Positions 11,338-20,691 of a stretch of DNA of 64,000 nucleotides are shown here, piece by piece. The notes below the pieces were generated by a model. That model made no database searches. It saw nothing but the letters and a program-made list of their open reading frames with translations, and had not been told where the DNA came from. The translations under genes were made by a program, and so were the position numbers. This DNA is from Thermostichus sp. DRC_bins_24. Lineage in GTDB: Bacteria; Cyanobacteriota; Cyanobacteriia; Thermostichales; Thermostichaceae. The stretch lies in NCBI GenBank assembly GCA_039794845.1, contig JAUQVK010000115.1:32001-96000 (forward strand), given 5' to 3'. Position 1 is the stretch's first letter; every line of letters begins with the position of its first letter.

Positions 11338-12038
11338 CCTTGCTGGAGCTGCAGAATCTCTACAGTGGCTATCGCGGTGTGGACATCCTAAAAGGGATCC
11401 ACCTGGAGGTAAAACGTGGCCAGATCGTGGTGATTATTGGCCCCAATGGCGCGGGCAAATCGACGGTGTTGAAATCCTTGTTTGGGTTGGCCACCATCCG
11501 GGCGGGCAAGGTGCTGTTCCAGGGATCCGACATCACTCGGCTACCGGCAGAACAATTGGTGCGGCGTGGCATTTGTTTTGTTCCTCAAACCAACAATGTG
11601 TTTCCTTCCCTGTCGGTGCAGGAAAACTTGGAGATGGGGGCCTTCATCCGGCAGGATACCTTTGCCAGCCAACTGGAGCGGGTGTATGAACTGTTTCCGC
11701 CCCTGAAAGAGAAACGGCGACAAGCAGCAGGATCCCTGTCGGGTGGGCAGCGGCAAATGGTGGCGATGGGGCGGGCCTTGATGGTGGAGCCGCAGTTGTT
11801 GCTGTTGGATGAGCCGACCGCGGGCCTTTCTCCCTTGTTTATCGAGCAAACCTTCGCCATTCTGCAGGATATCAACCGCCTCGGCATTAGCATCCTGATG
11901 GTGGAACAGAATGCCAAGCAAGCCCTGAGCATGGCGGACTGGGGTTATGTGCTGTCGACGGGGGAAAACCGCTTTGAGGATACTGGCCCCAATCTGTTGG
12001 CCAATCCTGAGGTGCTGGAGCTGTTTCTGGGTGGGTGA
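11334..12038 (+). CDS. Amino acid ABC ATP-binding protein (LivF/NatE-like)
   Basis: GPNGAGKST, LSGGQRQM, LLDEPTAGL, VEQNA; ATGA overlap with upstream gene. Confidence 0.93.
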   Translation: MTLLELQNLYSGYRGVDILKGIHLEVKRGQIVVIIGPNGAGKSTVLKSLFGLATIRAGKVLFQGSDITRLPAEQLVRRGICFVPQTNNVFPSLSVQENLEMGAFIRQDTFASQLERVYELFPPLKEKRRQAAGSLSGGQRQMVAMGRALMVEPQLLLLDEPTAGLSPLFIEQTFAILQDINRLGISILMVEQNAKQALSMADWGYVLSTGENRFEDTGPNLLANPEVLELFLGG

Positions 12039-12153
12039 CAGACTCCTGACACTGACCGCTACCCGGTACAGGGCCGGCTTTTACGGTGACGCTCGCCTAC
12101 TGGCAAGACATTGCCCGTAAGTTGACGTGCCTGATGACCCACGACTGGGAATC
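12035..12153 (-). mobile_element. IS200/IS605 right-end-like remnant (element C)
   Basis: Minus strand ends AAAGCCGGCCCTGTACCGGGTAGCGGTCAGTGTCAGGAGTCTGTCAC: hairpin plus GTCAC terminus; fills the whole convergent intergenic gap. Confidence 0.65.
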
Positions 12154-13374
12154 TCACTGGCTGGCGCCCTCCATACCCTCAAGTAGCTGACCCAGGTACC
12201 AAATGTCAACTTCGCTGGCCACCTCACCTGCGGCCAAGAAAGGGGTACCATCCTGGAAGTTCAAGGGCCCCTTGAACAGCTCAATGCTGCCATCTCCTAG
12301 GCCAGCGATAAACTCCTCCAACTTGGCCCGTTCCTCAGGGCCCAGGGCATCACCCATGACAAAGCCAGCAGAGGAGGTATCGGGGTTGTTGATATCCGAC
12401 CAATCGATGGCTGGACGAACAAACTCGCTCTTAAAGGTGCCGGCACGGGCGGACTCAATCATCTCCTTATAGCCAGGCCCCCAATTGTAGTAGGAAACCC
12501 CCAGGCAAATTTCAGGAGCAAAGTCACATCCTGTAGCCAAGCCGTAGCCGGTGTAGCGTACCCGTTTTCCGGCTTCGGCAGCCCGCCTGCCTTGCACTGC
12601 CGCCTCAGGAGTATCCAGGGCCGACATGACGACATCAAATCCGCCATTGTAAAAGTCATCCGCCACTTTGGTGGGATCCAGGGTGACACCGGGAATGTTG
12701 AACCAAAACCCAATCCAGGTGACGCGGAATTCCAACTCTTCAGGGCGGTCGCGGTAGTTATCCCAGCAGTACTTCGCCCCCAGGTAGGCAGCCGCAGCAT
12801 AGCGGCGGGTTTCATCGTTGATCAGGGGCCCCAACATGCCAATTTTGCCGGTTTCGGATCCCAAAGCTGCGGCACATCCCGCCACCATGCGCATTTCTTC
12901 CATTTGGGGCATGATGTTGGCCAGGTTGGGCTGATCGATGTAGTTTTTCCCCTCCTGCCAGGCCATATCTCCAGAGGCATGGATGACGGCGATCTCGGGA
13001 TATTTACGGGCGGTCTCGACAGCATCATCTTTGTGGTCATCAGAGGTAAAGATGATCACCTTGGCCCCCTGGGCAATCATGTCGTCGGCCACTTGGGATC
13101 CCCGCACATTTGGCCGATCCGCCGGGTTCACCTTATCCAGATAGTCAAACTCCACGCCGGGCAATTGGGCCATGACATATTGGCTTCCTTCGACGTGGGC
13201 TTGGCTCCAGCCGCCATCTTGCATCGGCCCCACCAGCACCATGCCCACTTTGAAGGTGTCTTGCGCTGAAGTGGGGGTGGATCCCACTAGAGCGGCAACC
13301 GATAGGCCAACAGCCAGGCTCTTCAAGGGAGAAAAAGTACGGATCAGACTCCAGTTCACAAGCAGCTCCGACAC
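12154..13374 (-). CDS. BMP family ABC substrate-binding protein (purine/nucleoside)
   Basis: KVGMVLVGP..DGGWSQAH, WIGFWFN, YYNWGP; start uncertain. Confidence 0.88.
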   Translation of the reverse strand: MSELLVNWSLIRTFSPLKSLAVGLSVAALVGSTPTSAQDTFKVGMVLVGPMQDGGWSQAHVEGSQYVMAQLPGVEFDYLDKVNPADRPNVRGSQVADDMIAQGAKVIIFTSDDHKDDAVETARKYPEIAVIHASGDMAWQEGKNYIDQPNLANIMPQMEEMRMVAGCAAALGSETGKIGMLGPLINDETRRYAAAAYLGAKYCWDNYRDRPEELEFRVTWIGFWFNIPGVTLDPTKVADDFYNGGFDVVMSALDTPEAAVQGRRAAEAGKRVRYTGYGLATGCDFAPEICLGVSYYNWGPGYKEMIESARAGTFKSEFVRPAIDWSDINNPDTSSAGFVMGDALGPEERAKLEEFIAGLGDGSIELFKGPLNFQDGTPFLAAGEVASEVDIWYLGQLLEGMEGASQ

Positions 13375-13451
13375 GACAGTACAAAAGGGGGCAGGAATGA
13401 TCCCGAAAGAGAATCTCGAATTCCATCATGAGGATCTTACTCCAGCGCATT

Positions 13452-13465
13452 GTATCTAGCGCTAC
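13452..13465 (-). promoter_or_regulatory. NtcA binding site upstream of BMP gene
   Basis: Perfect GTA-N8-TAC (GTATCTAGCGCTAC); CATGAT -10-like box 21 nt downstream on the minus strand. Confidence 0.6.
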
Positions 13466-13473
13466 TGAAAGAA

Positions 13474-13515
13474 GATCCCGGACAAAGGAGAAAGGATCCC
13501 GGACAAAGGAGAAAG
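13474..13515. repeat. Perfect 21-bp tandem duplication
   Basis: GATCCCGGACAAAGGAGAAAG x2. Confidence 0.92.
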
Positions 13516-13528
13516 TTCTCAACGGTTC

Positions 13529-13652
13529 GTGACATCCTCCCGACGCAATGCCCAGCGGGTAGAGCGCGGGACTTAATTGTGCTCCGCACGACCCGGAGGG
13601 TCATTGTGCTCCGTAGCGCAGCGTGCCGCAGGCTTACCCCTCATGGGTTAAA
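13529..13652 (-). mobile_element. ~125-nt dispersed repeat with IS200/IS605 right-end-like terminus (element A)
   Basis: Near-identical inverted copy at 18325-18450; ends ...TCCCGCGCTCTACCCGCTGGGCATTGCGTCGGGAGGATGTCAC. Confidence 0.8.
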
Positions 13653-13801
13653 GCTTGCGGAAGGTCGTGGTTGCGCACATAAAAAAAGCCGATGGTTTGG
13701 CAGGCGGTGGCTATTTCCGTGGCGACGGCTTGGCGAGCCTGGGGATCCCCTGAGAAAAACGGGGCCAAATCAACACTGGGCACCGAGATGGGCGAGCTCA
13801 T
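13634..13801 (-). pseudogene. Truncated isopenicillin-N-synthase-like 2OG-Fe(II) dioxygenase (N-terminal DIOX_N fragment)
   Basis: Manual translation MSSPISVPSVDLAPFFSGDPQARQAVATEIATACQTIGFFYVRNHDLPQAL then runs into element A and stops; GAGGA RBS. Confidence 0.8.
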
Positions 13802-13975
13802 GGGCAATCCTCAGGGTTGGCAGCAGGCAGGTTCATACCCGAAAGCAGTCTGGGCAAACCCATGCCTTTTTTCTGTGCTGGGCAATGCCGGTATCGGGTT
13901 GGAACCGGGCCGTGAAAAAGAGGGATCCCCGCTTGGGTCAGGATGGAGGATAAGAGCACCACGAGTACGGCCGGA

Positions 13976-16723
13976 ATGGATCTGATCCTGTGTCATCAGT
14001 CGGCGGATTTTGACACCCTTGGGGCGGCGGTGGGGGCAGCACGGCTGTATCCGGGGGCACGCATTGTCTTAACCGGGGGATCCCTGCCGGGGGTTCAGGA
14101 GTTTTTGTCTTTGCACCGGGATGAATTTCCTTTGCTTGAGCTGCGTTCGGTGGATCCGCAACAGGTTCAGCAGTGGATTTTGGTGGATTGCCACGATCCG
14201 GATCGCCTGGGCAAGGCCGCTGCCTGGTTGAGCGCCCCTGGGGTTGCCATCGAAATTTTTGACCACCATGTGGGGGATCCAGAAACCCCAGCTGAAGCCT
14301 TTTGGCCCCAACAGCGGGTTACCAGCCATATCGAAGCGGTGGGGGCTACTTGTACGCTTTTGGTGGAGCGAGTGCGGGCTGCCGGGATCCTGCTCACTCC
14401 CTTCGAGCGATTGGCTCTGGCCCTGGGCATTCACATGGATACGGGATCCCTCACCTTTCCAGAAACCACGGCCCGGGATGCCGAGGCCCTCAGTTGGCTC
14501 TTGGGGCAAGGGATCAATTTGGTGTTGTTGCGGCGGTTTTTGGGAGATGGTCTCACCCCGGAGATGCGCGAACTGCTCAGCCAAGGGCTGACCCAGATGC
14601 AGGTGCGGCAGGTGGGGGGCTATCGCCTGGCGGAGTGGTTACTGGACTTGCCGGAGTTTGTGCCCGGTTTGGCGGGCTTGGTGATGCGGCTGATGGATTT
14701 GACGGATGTGGATGTGTTGATCTTGGTGGCGCGGCAAGGAGAGCGTTTGAGCCTAATCGGTCGGGCGCGGCAGGATTTTGCCCAGTTGGGAAAAGTCATG
14801 GCCCTCTACGGCGGCGGCGGACACGATTGTGCGGCAGCAGCCACCCTCAAAGCCAGCCCAGACCAGCCTCTACCCAACCCAGCGGAAGTGGCGGCAGTGT
14901 TAAGGCAGGCCATAGAAGAGCGGATCCCGCCGCCGGTGACGGCGCAAGATCTGATGTCGGCCCCGGTACGCACCATTCGCCCAGAAACCACCATCGACGA
15001 AGCCCAACGGGTGCTGTTGCGCTACGGCCATTCCGGCTTGGTGGTGGTGGATGCCGAAGCGCAATTGGTGGGGGTGATCTCGCGGCGGGATATCGATATC
15101 GCCCTACACCATGGGTTTGGCCATGCCCCCGTCAAAGGGTACATGACCACCGAGGTGAAAACCCTCTCACCCGATACGCCCCTGGCCCAGATCCAGCAGC
15201 TGATGGTGAATTGGGATATTGGTCGGCTGCCGGTGCTCAAGGATGGACAGTTGCTGGGCATTGTCACCCGTACGGATGTGCTGCGCCACTTGCACGAGTT
15301 GCCTTCCTTTTCCCCGTTGTTTGCCCCCAAACGGGATCCCGTCCATCCTCACCGCTTGGATCTCACCTTCGCAGCCCTGTCAGAACAGCACCGACGACTG
15401 CTCGACCAAGCCGCCCGGGTGGCAGAAGACCTCGGCCTTAAGGTGTATTTGGTGGGGGGGGCGGTGCGGGATCTGTTGCTGTACCAATGGGGTCGTCAAC
15501 CTCTGCCGGATCTCGACCGTTTGGACTTGGACTTGGTGGTGGATGGGCCTTATCCGCTGCGGGGGGATGGAGCAGATCCGACGGGATGGGGGCTGATCCT
15601 GGGGCAAGCATTACAAAAGCAGTTTCCAGAAGCGCGGCTGGAGATCCACGGCAAATTTCAAACGGCTGCCCTGATTTGGCCGGGAGGATTTTGTGTGGAT
15701 ATTGCCAGTGCCCGCACGGAGTTTTATCCGTATCCGGCCTCTCCTCCAGAAGTGGCGATGGGATCCATCCAGCAAGACTTGTATCGGCGGGATTTTTCCA
15801 TCAATGCCCTTGCCCTGCGCCTGAACGGGCCACAACGGGGGCAACTGCTGGATTTTTTCGGTGGGCAAGCGGATCTGCGGCAGGGGGTGATCCGGGTTTT
15901 GCATCCCAACAGCTTCATCGAGGATCCCACCCGGATTTACCGGGCGGTGCGCTTTGCGGTGCGTCTGGGCTTTTCTCTGGATCCGAGCACCGAAGAACGC
16001 ATCCGGGTTGCCGTGGCCAGTGGGTTACACGATGCCGTCGGCGGGGATCGCCTCAAGCAGGAGCTGGCCTACATTCTCGGATCCCGCTATTGGCCTCTGG
16101 CTTTGCAAAAACTGGCGGAATGGGGGGCCTTGCGCTGTATCCACCCTGACCTGGAATGGGATCCATCCCTGCGCCAGCGGCTACAACGGGTCGGCTCTTG
16201 GGCCAGACATTGGCGTCGTCGTTACCCCGAGCTGGGATCCCATGAAATTTGGCAACTGCGCCTCGAAGCCCTTCTTCTGACCCTGCCCCAAGCACCCCAG
16301 GTGGCCGGCCAACTGCACCTCACCCAAGCGGGCATCGAACGCCTCGGCAACTATCCCCATTACCAAACCCTCTTGGCCCAATTGCAGCCGGATCTTTCCC
16401 CCGGTGAGGTGGTGCAACGACTTCAAGGGGTGCGGATCCCGGCGCTGATTTTGTTGGCCAGTATTGCCCCCAAACCGGCACGGTGGCTGATCTGGCGCTA
16501 CCTGCAGGAGTGGCATGGGGTAAAACCGGTGCTCAACGGGCACGATTTGCGTCATCTGGGCTATCCGCCGGGCCGCCATTTCCAGGAGATTTTGGATCAA
16601 CTGCGGTACCGCACCCTCAACGGCGAACTCACCACTCCGGCAGCAGCTGAGACCTGGCTAAAGGCGCATTTTCCGCCCCCTCTGCCGTCCAAGGATCATC
16701 ACAAAAATCATCAGTCGAAATAA
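13976..16723 (+). CDS. DHH-CBS-polyA polymerase family tRNA nucleotidyltransferase (A-adding type)
   Basis: HQSADFD, FDHH, GGGGH, two CBS domains, LVGGAVRD, DLYRRDFSINA, EDPTR; start may be 13943. Confidence 0.9.
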   Translation: MDLILCHQSADFDTLGAAVGAARLYPGARIVLTGGSLPGVQEFLSLHRDEFPLLELRSVDPQQVQQWILVDCHDPDRLGKAAAWLSAPGVAIEIFDHHVGDPETPAEAFWPQQRVTSHIEAVGATCTLLVERVRAAGILLTPFERLALALGIHMDTGSLTFPETTARDAEALSWLLGQGINLVLLRRFLGDGLTPEMRELLSQGLTQMQVRQVGGYRLAEWLLDLPEFVPGLAGLVMRLMDLTDVDVLILVARQGERLSLIGRARQDFAQLGKVMALYGGGGHDCAAAATLKASPDQPLPNPAEVAAVLRQAIEERIPPPVTAQDLMSAPVRTIRPETTIDEAQRVLLRYGHSGLVVVDAEAQLVGVISRRDIDIALHHGFGHAPVKGYMTTEVKTLSPDTPLAQIQQLMVNWDIGRLPVLKDGQLLGIVTRTDVLRHLHELPSFSPLFAPKRDPVHPHRLDLTFAALSEQHRRLLDQAARVAEDLGLKVYLVGGAVRDLLLYQWGRQPLPDLDRLDLDLVVDGPYPLRGDGADPTGWGLILGQALQKQFPEARLEIHGKFQTAALIWPGGFCVDIASARTEFYPYPASPPEVAMGSIQQDLYRRDFSINALALRLNGPQRGQLLDFFGGQADLRQGVIRVLHPNSFIEDPTRIYRAVRFAVRLGFSLDPSTEERIRVAVASGLHDAVGGDRLKQELAYILGSRYWPLALQKLAEWGALRCIHPDLEWDPSLRQRLQRVGSWARHWRRRYPELGSHEIWQLRLEALLLTLPQAPQVAGQLHLTQAGIERLGNYPHYQTLLAQLQPDLSPGEVVQRLQGVRIPALILLASIAPKPARWLIWRYLQEWHGVKPVLNGHDLRHLGYPPGRHFQEILDQLRYRTLNGELTTPAAAETWLKAHFPPPLPSKDHHKNHQSK

Positions 16724-17217
16724 AACAAAGTCACCAGCTTGTGCTGATCCTCAGCGTGCCTGCAGGCATCCAAGAGCGTGACGCTATCGTGAAAGACGAA
16801 GCAGATCAGCTGCTGACACTTGCTGATGATCTCGAGGTTGCACAGACGGCTGGCCTCCGCCAGAGGGAGATGGTCGTTTTCGGGGTGTTCCACCAAATGC
16901 AATACCTGCTCGAGGCTGGCCCGCGACTCCGCCGGTTGCCGATCCAAGCTTTGGGGCAAAATTACCGTCAAGGATTTCATATCCGCCCGCATTGCCCCCC
17001 GGATCACAGCCAAATTGGTGCCGATGGCCCCGGAAGTAAGAATGTGGTTGCCGGTGAGGGCGAGCGCGTAGCTAAGGGTTTCGATCAAATACTGGTGGGT
17101 GATGGGCACATGACGACTGCCCAAGATTGCGATTCGCTTCGGCCCGACTTGCTGAATGGCGGCCAACTCCTGCAAAAACGTATCAACGCTCGCGGAGATA
17201 TCAATAGACTGGGTCAA
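16711..17217 (-). CDS. Smf/DprA-like SLOG domain protein (conserved cyanobacterial)
   Basis: RIAILGSRHVP, TSGAIGTN, VILPQSL, FHDS. Confidence 0.75.
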   Translation of the reverse strand: MTQSIDISASVDTFLQELAAIQQVGPKRIAILGSRHVPITHQYLIETLSYALALTGNHILTSGAIGTNLAVIRGAMRADMKSLTVILPQSLDRQPAESRASLEQVLHLVEHPENDHLPLAEASRLCNLEIISKCQQLICFVFHDSVTLLDACRHAEDQHKLVTLFYFD

Positions 17218-17312
17218 CGGGATCCCTCGGCAGAAGCTTGGCTAAACTCCGTTATCTTACACCGCTGCTTCGGGATCCAGCTAGAGATGTCTTGGCCCAG
17301 AAATCCAGCAGA

Positions 17313-18284
17313 TTAAGTGGGGCGCAAAGGGCTGCTTGAAGGAGGCTGGACTTGGCTTTGCGCAGGGGTACTCGCTGCCAGTTCGATGCTGTAGCGCATG
17401 CTGCTGTGAATGCCCCTACCCAACCACTGGCCACTGATGGGAGTCGCCCCGCGGGGATGAGGGCTGGCGGCTAAGGCGATGTGTTGATCGGCAACGGCCA
17501 ATCCTTGGGTTGGGTCAAACCCCCGCCAGCCCGCTCCTGGCAAATACACCTCCGCCCAGGCGTGCAGGTGGTGGTGGGCCGGGTTCTGGCTCATGGCGGG
17601 ATCCGTTTTGGGTTCTTCAACAGCTTCTGCGGGCAATTCCGGAGGGCTGACTTGTGGGCTAGGCTCCGGCCGGACTTGATAGCCACTGACAAAGCGCGCT
17701 GCCAAGCCCACCGTGCGACAGACCTCCATGAACAACAGGGTCAGATCCCGACAGGAGCCGGTTTTGCGATGCCAGGTGAGGCCCGCCGGCCAGGGATCCC
17801 CTTTTTCCCGCAGGATGTAGCGGCATTCGCTGTAGATGTGTTGGTTCAGGTGGTGCAAAAAAGCAGTGCTGTTTCCATGGACTTGATCCCAAAGTTCCCA
17901 AGCCAGGGTTTGCACCGTAGCTTCGCCCTGCGGAGTGAGATAGGGCTGTAGCTGAACGGCCAAGGCACTGGGGTAGTCAATGGGGAGATGGGTGGCCCAA
18001 TCCAAAAGCAGGTAGTCGAAGGGGTTTTGCCGTAGGGTGAGCACCGTAGCCTGCGTTTCAATGCGCAGATGCTCTGTGGGATCTCCGAACCACACCAATT
18101 CAGTCGCGTTGCCCTCCAAATCCACCAGTGCCGAGCTACCCACCGGGGGCGGATCCACCTGTAAGTCAAAGGCCAAAAGGGTTTGGATCCCGTCACAGCG
18201 AGGCCGCAGACGCAGGGTATGGGGTTCCAACCGGGCTGGACTGCTGTAGCGGTATTCGAGGAGATGGCGAATTTGAATTTGCAC
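17313..18284 (-). CDS. Transglutaminase-like family protein
   Basis: GSCRDLT, ARFVSGY, HAWAEVYLPGAGWRGFDPT. Confidence 0.9.
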   Translation of the reverse strand: MQIQIRHLLEYRYSSPARLEPHTLRLRPRCDGIQTLLAFDLQVDPPPVGSSALVDLEGNATELVWFGDPTEHLRIETQATVLTLRQNPFDYLLLDWATHLPIDYPSALAVQLQPYLTPQGEATVQTLAWELWDQVHGNSTAFLHHLNQHIYSECRYILREKGDPWPAGLTWHRKTGSCRDLTLLFMEVCRTVGLAARFVSGYQVRPEPSPQVSPPELPAEAVEEPKTDPAMSQNPAHHHLHAWAEVYLPGAGWRGFDPTQGLAVADQHIALAASPHPRGATPISGQWLGRGIHSSMRYSIELAASTPAQSQVQPPSSSPLRPT

Positions 18285-18293
18285 AAGCTGTAG

Positions 18294-18331
18294 AATTCAA
18301 TCTCATTTAACTAATTCAATCTCATTTAACT
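18294..18331. repeat. Perfect 19-bp tandem duplication
   Basis: AATTCAATCTCATTTAACT x2, abutting element B. Confidence 0.92.
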
Positions 18332-18450
18332 AATGAGGGGTAAGCCTGCCGCACGCTGCGCTACGGGGAGGACGATGACCCTCCGGGTCGTGCGGAGCAC
18401 AATTAAGTCCCGCGCTCTACCCGCTAGGCATTGCGTCGGGAGGATGTCCC
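18325..18450 (+). mobile_element. ~125-nt dispersed repeat with IS200/IS605 right-end-like terminus (element B)
   Basis: Matches the reverse complement of 13529-13652 with about 9 differences by eye; terminus GATGTCCC instead of GATGTCAC. Confidence 0.8.
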
Positions 18451-18497
18451 TTCAATGCATGGGATCCATCACAAACCCCACGGCGGGAATTCTAAGC

Positions 18498-19028
18498 TTA
18501 CCGCTGCACCGCCTCCACCAGAGATTGGATCCCGGCTTGCAGGCGCTCCTCAATGTCTGCTTCTAGCTGCAGCTTTCCGTTGGCATCAAACTGAATTTGA
18601 GCGCTGAGAATGTAAATACCTTTCAAGATCGTCGTCGCCCCCATCACCGACAGCACCGGCTTCATGGCGAAGTCAATGGCAAGCAAATGGGCCAATGTTC
18701 CCCCTGTCGCTATCGGTAGGATCACTTTCCCCGTCAGGGCATCTTGGTCGAGCAGATCCAATAGTGCCTTGAAAACCCCTGGGTAGGAAGCTTTGTAAAC
18801 CGGGGCAGAGATGAGGATCCCATCTGCCTGAACCACTTTTTCTTGAATCTGCTTGAGCTGCGGGCTATCGAACCGGGTCAGTACCAAATCTTCTGGGGGT
18901 AGATCTCGCACCGAGACGAACTGGGTGGCGAAGCCCGGACTGGGCAGCAGCCCGGCGGCATGATGCAAGAGCGCCTCTGAGCGAGAGTTGGCACTAGGAC
19001 TCCCCGAGAGCAAGAGAATATCAGGCAT
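18498..19028 (-). CDS. ssuE: NADPH-dependent FMN reductase
   Basis: LSGSPSANSRS, APVYKASYPGVFKALLDLL, ATGGTLAHLLAID. Confidence 0.88.
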   Translation of the reverse strand: MPDILLLSGSPSANSRSEALLHHAAGLLPSPGFATQFVSVRDLPPEDLVLTRFDSPQLKQIQEKVVQADGILISAPVYKASYPGVFKALLDLLDQDALTGKVILPIATGGTLAHLLAIDFAMKPVLSVMGATTILKGIYILSAQIQFDANGKLQLEADIEERLQAGIQSLVEAVQR

Positions 19029-19142
19029 GAAGGAGAGAGAGAAAACTTGTCTCCGTTGTACCAGGGATCCGACTGCTGTTGGCAGAGCAACCCTTTCATC
19101 GTCCAATCCACGGCTCTTGACCGATACTCTCAAAAGCAACTC

Positions 19143-20372
19143 TCAAAAGGTGCTGGTCAGGCGGCGCATCGCTTCTTCCACATTGGCACGGCTATTAAAA
19201 GCCGACAGACGGAAATATCCTTCTCCGGCACTGCCGAACCCAGAACCGGGGGTTCCGACCACATGACAATGGTGCAGCAGTTTATCAAAGAAATCCCAAC
19301 TGCTCAGCCCGTCCGGCGTTTTCACCCAAACATAGGGGGCGTTCACCCCACCGTAGACCTGGATCCCGGCGGCGGTCAGTTGCTCCCGAATGATGCGGGC
19401 GTTCTCGAGGTAAAACTCCACCAAGCTGCGCACCTGTGCCTGCCCTGCTTCTGAATAGACGGCCTCCGCCCCTCGCTGCACAATGTAGGACACCCCATTG
19501 AATTTGGTAGATTGGCGGCGATTCCACAAACTCCACAGCTCTACCCGGGATCCGTCGCCGGCCTCCCCCTGCAAGGATTTGGGCACCACCGTAAAGGCAC
19601 AGCGGGTACCGGTAAACCCGGCGGTCTTGGAAAACGAGCGAAACTCAATGGCACAGTCTCGCGCCCCTTCCACTTCGTAGATGGAGTGGGGGATCCCGGG
19701 TTCCGTAATGTAGGCTTCGTAGGCGGCATCGAACAAAATCAGGGATCCATGGGTGCGGGCATAGTTCACCCAGTCCTGCAAATGCTCCCGTGTCGCCACC
19801 GCTCCCGTGGGATTGTTGGGAAAACAGAGGTAGATCACGTCCACCTTCCGGGTGGGAATGCCGGCGGTGAAATGATTCTCAGCCGTAATGGGCAGATAGA
19901 TCAGGCCCTCATACTCACCTCGGTCGTTGGCTGCGCCCGTGTGGCCGGCCATGACGTTGGTATCCACATACACCGGGTATACCGGATCGGTAACGGCGAT
20001 GGTGTTGTCGTTGCCGAGGATGTCGAGGATGTTGCCACAGTCGCACTTAGAGCCATCGGAGATGAAAATCTCCGATGCATCGATATCGCAGCCCCGCGCC
20101 TGAAAGTCCTGCCGGGCGATCGCCTGGCGCAACCACTCGTACCCCTGCTCCGGCCCGTAGCCCCTGAAGGTGGCCGGATCCCCCATTTCTTCCACCGCTC
20201 GAATCATGGCAGTCCGACAGGCTTCGGGTAAAGGCTCTGTTACATCGCCAATGCCCATTTTGATGATGGAGGCGGTGGGGTTGGCTTCAGCAAAGGCTCG
20301 CACCCGGCGGGCAATTTCGGGGAAGAGGTATCCGGCCTTGAGCTTGAGGTAGTGGTCGTTGATCCTGGCCAT
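19143..20372 (-). CDS. dapL: LL-diaminopimelate aminotransferase
   Basis: [34 protein letters not shown]. Confidence 0.97.
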   Translation of the reverse strand: MARINDHYLKLKAGYLFPEIARRVRAFAEANPTASIIKMGIGDVTEPLPEACRTAMIRAVEEMGDPATFRGYGPEQGYEWLRQAIARQDFQARGCDIDASEIFISDGSKCDCGNILDILGNDNTIAVTDPVYPVYVDTNVMAGHTGAANDRGEYEGLIYLPITAENHFTAGIPTRKVDVIYLCFPNNPTGAVATREHLQDWVNYARTHGSLILFDAAYEAYITEPGIPHSIYEVEGARDCAIEFRSFSKTAGFTGTRCAFTVVPKSLQGEAGDGSRVELWSLWNRRQSTKFNGVSYIVQRGAEAVYSEAGQAQVRSLVEFYLENARIIREQLTAAGIQVYGGVNAPYVWVKTPDGLSSWDFFDKLLHHCHVVGTPGSGFGSAGEGYFRLSAFNSRANVEEAMRRLTSTF

Positions 20373-20517
20373 AGGGGTTGGGCGATGAGAATATCTGTCG
20401 GCCCTACAGTGTAGCTGAAGCCGGCTCCCGAGAACCTATGGCCACAACCTCAGGAGCAAGCCCCAGCATGGACTACTCCCCCACGCTATGCTGTAGGGGC
20501 GAAGATTGTGTAGAAAC

Positions 20518-20691
20518 ATGAACATCCTGCGTCAATACGTCTTCCCGGCTCTGATCCTGTTGGTATTTCTGTTTACCTTGGTGGTGGTGAGCATCCGCTC
20601 CTTCCTGCCGGGAGACATGGCTCAGCCTGCCCCGATAGAAGACCTACCCTCGGTATCACTCTCTGCCGTGCCGATGCTTGAGAATGTCTGA
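20518..20691 (+). CDS. Small conserved cyanobacterial membrane protein
   Basis: RQY..P + hydrophobic helix + FLPGDMAQPAP; overlaps the next gene's start. Confidence 0.7.
   Translation: MNILRQYVFPALILLVFLFTLVVVSIRSFLPGDMAQPAPIEDLPSVSLSAVPMLENV

Noticed and set aside
13450..13985. Plus-strand ORFs of 167 and 97 aa upstream of the nucleotidyltransferase
   Set aside because: They run across repeats, element A and the antisense of the dioxygenase fragment.
14302..15441. 379-aa alternative-frame ORF
   Set aside because: Shadow frame inside the nucleotidyltransferase; G/A/R-rich composition typical of GC-rich off-frames.
13474..18331. Tandem repeats as possible CRISPR remnants
   Set aside because: Only two abutting units each, no spacers and no cas genes.
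19029..19142. Possible SAM-I-like riboswitch in the ssuE leader (GTCAAGAG...GCCAAC...GGTAC...GGAGAC on the minus strand)
   Set aside because: Core motifs deviate from ATCxAGAG/GCAACC/GGTGC and I could not build the P2/P3 helices; needs an Rfam cmscan.
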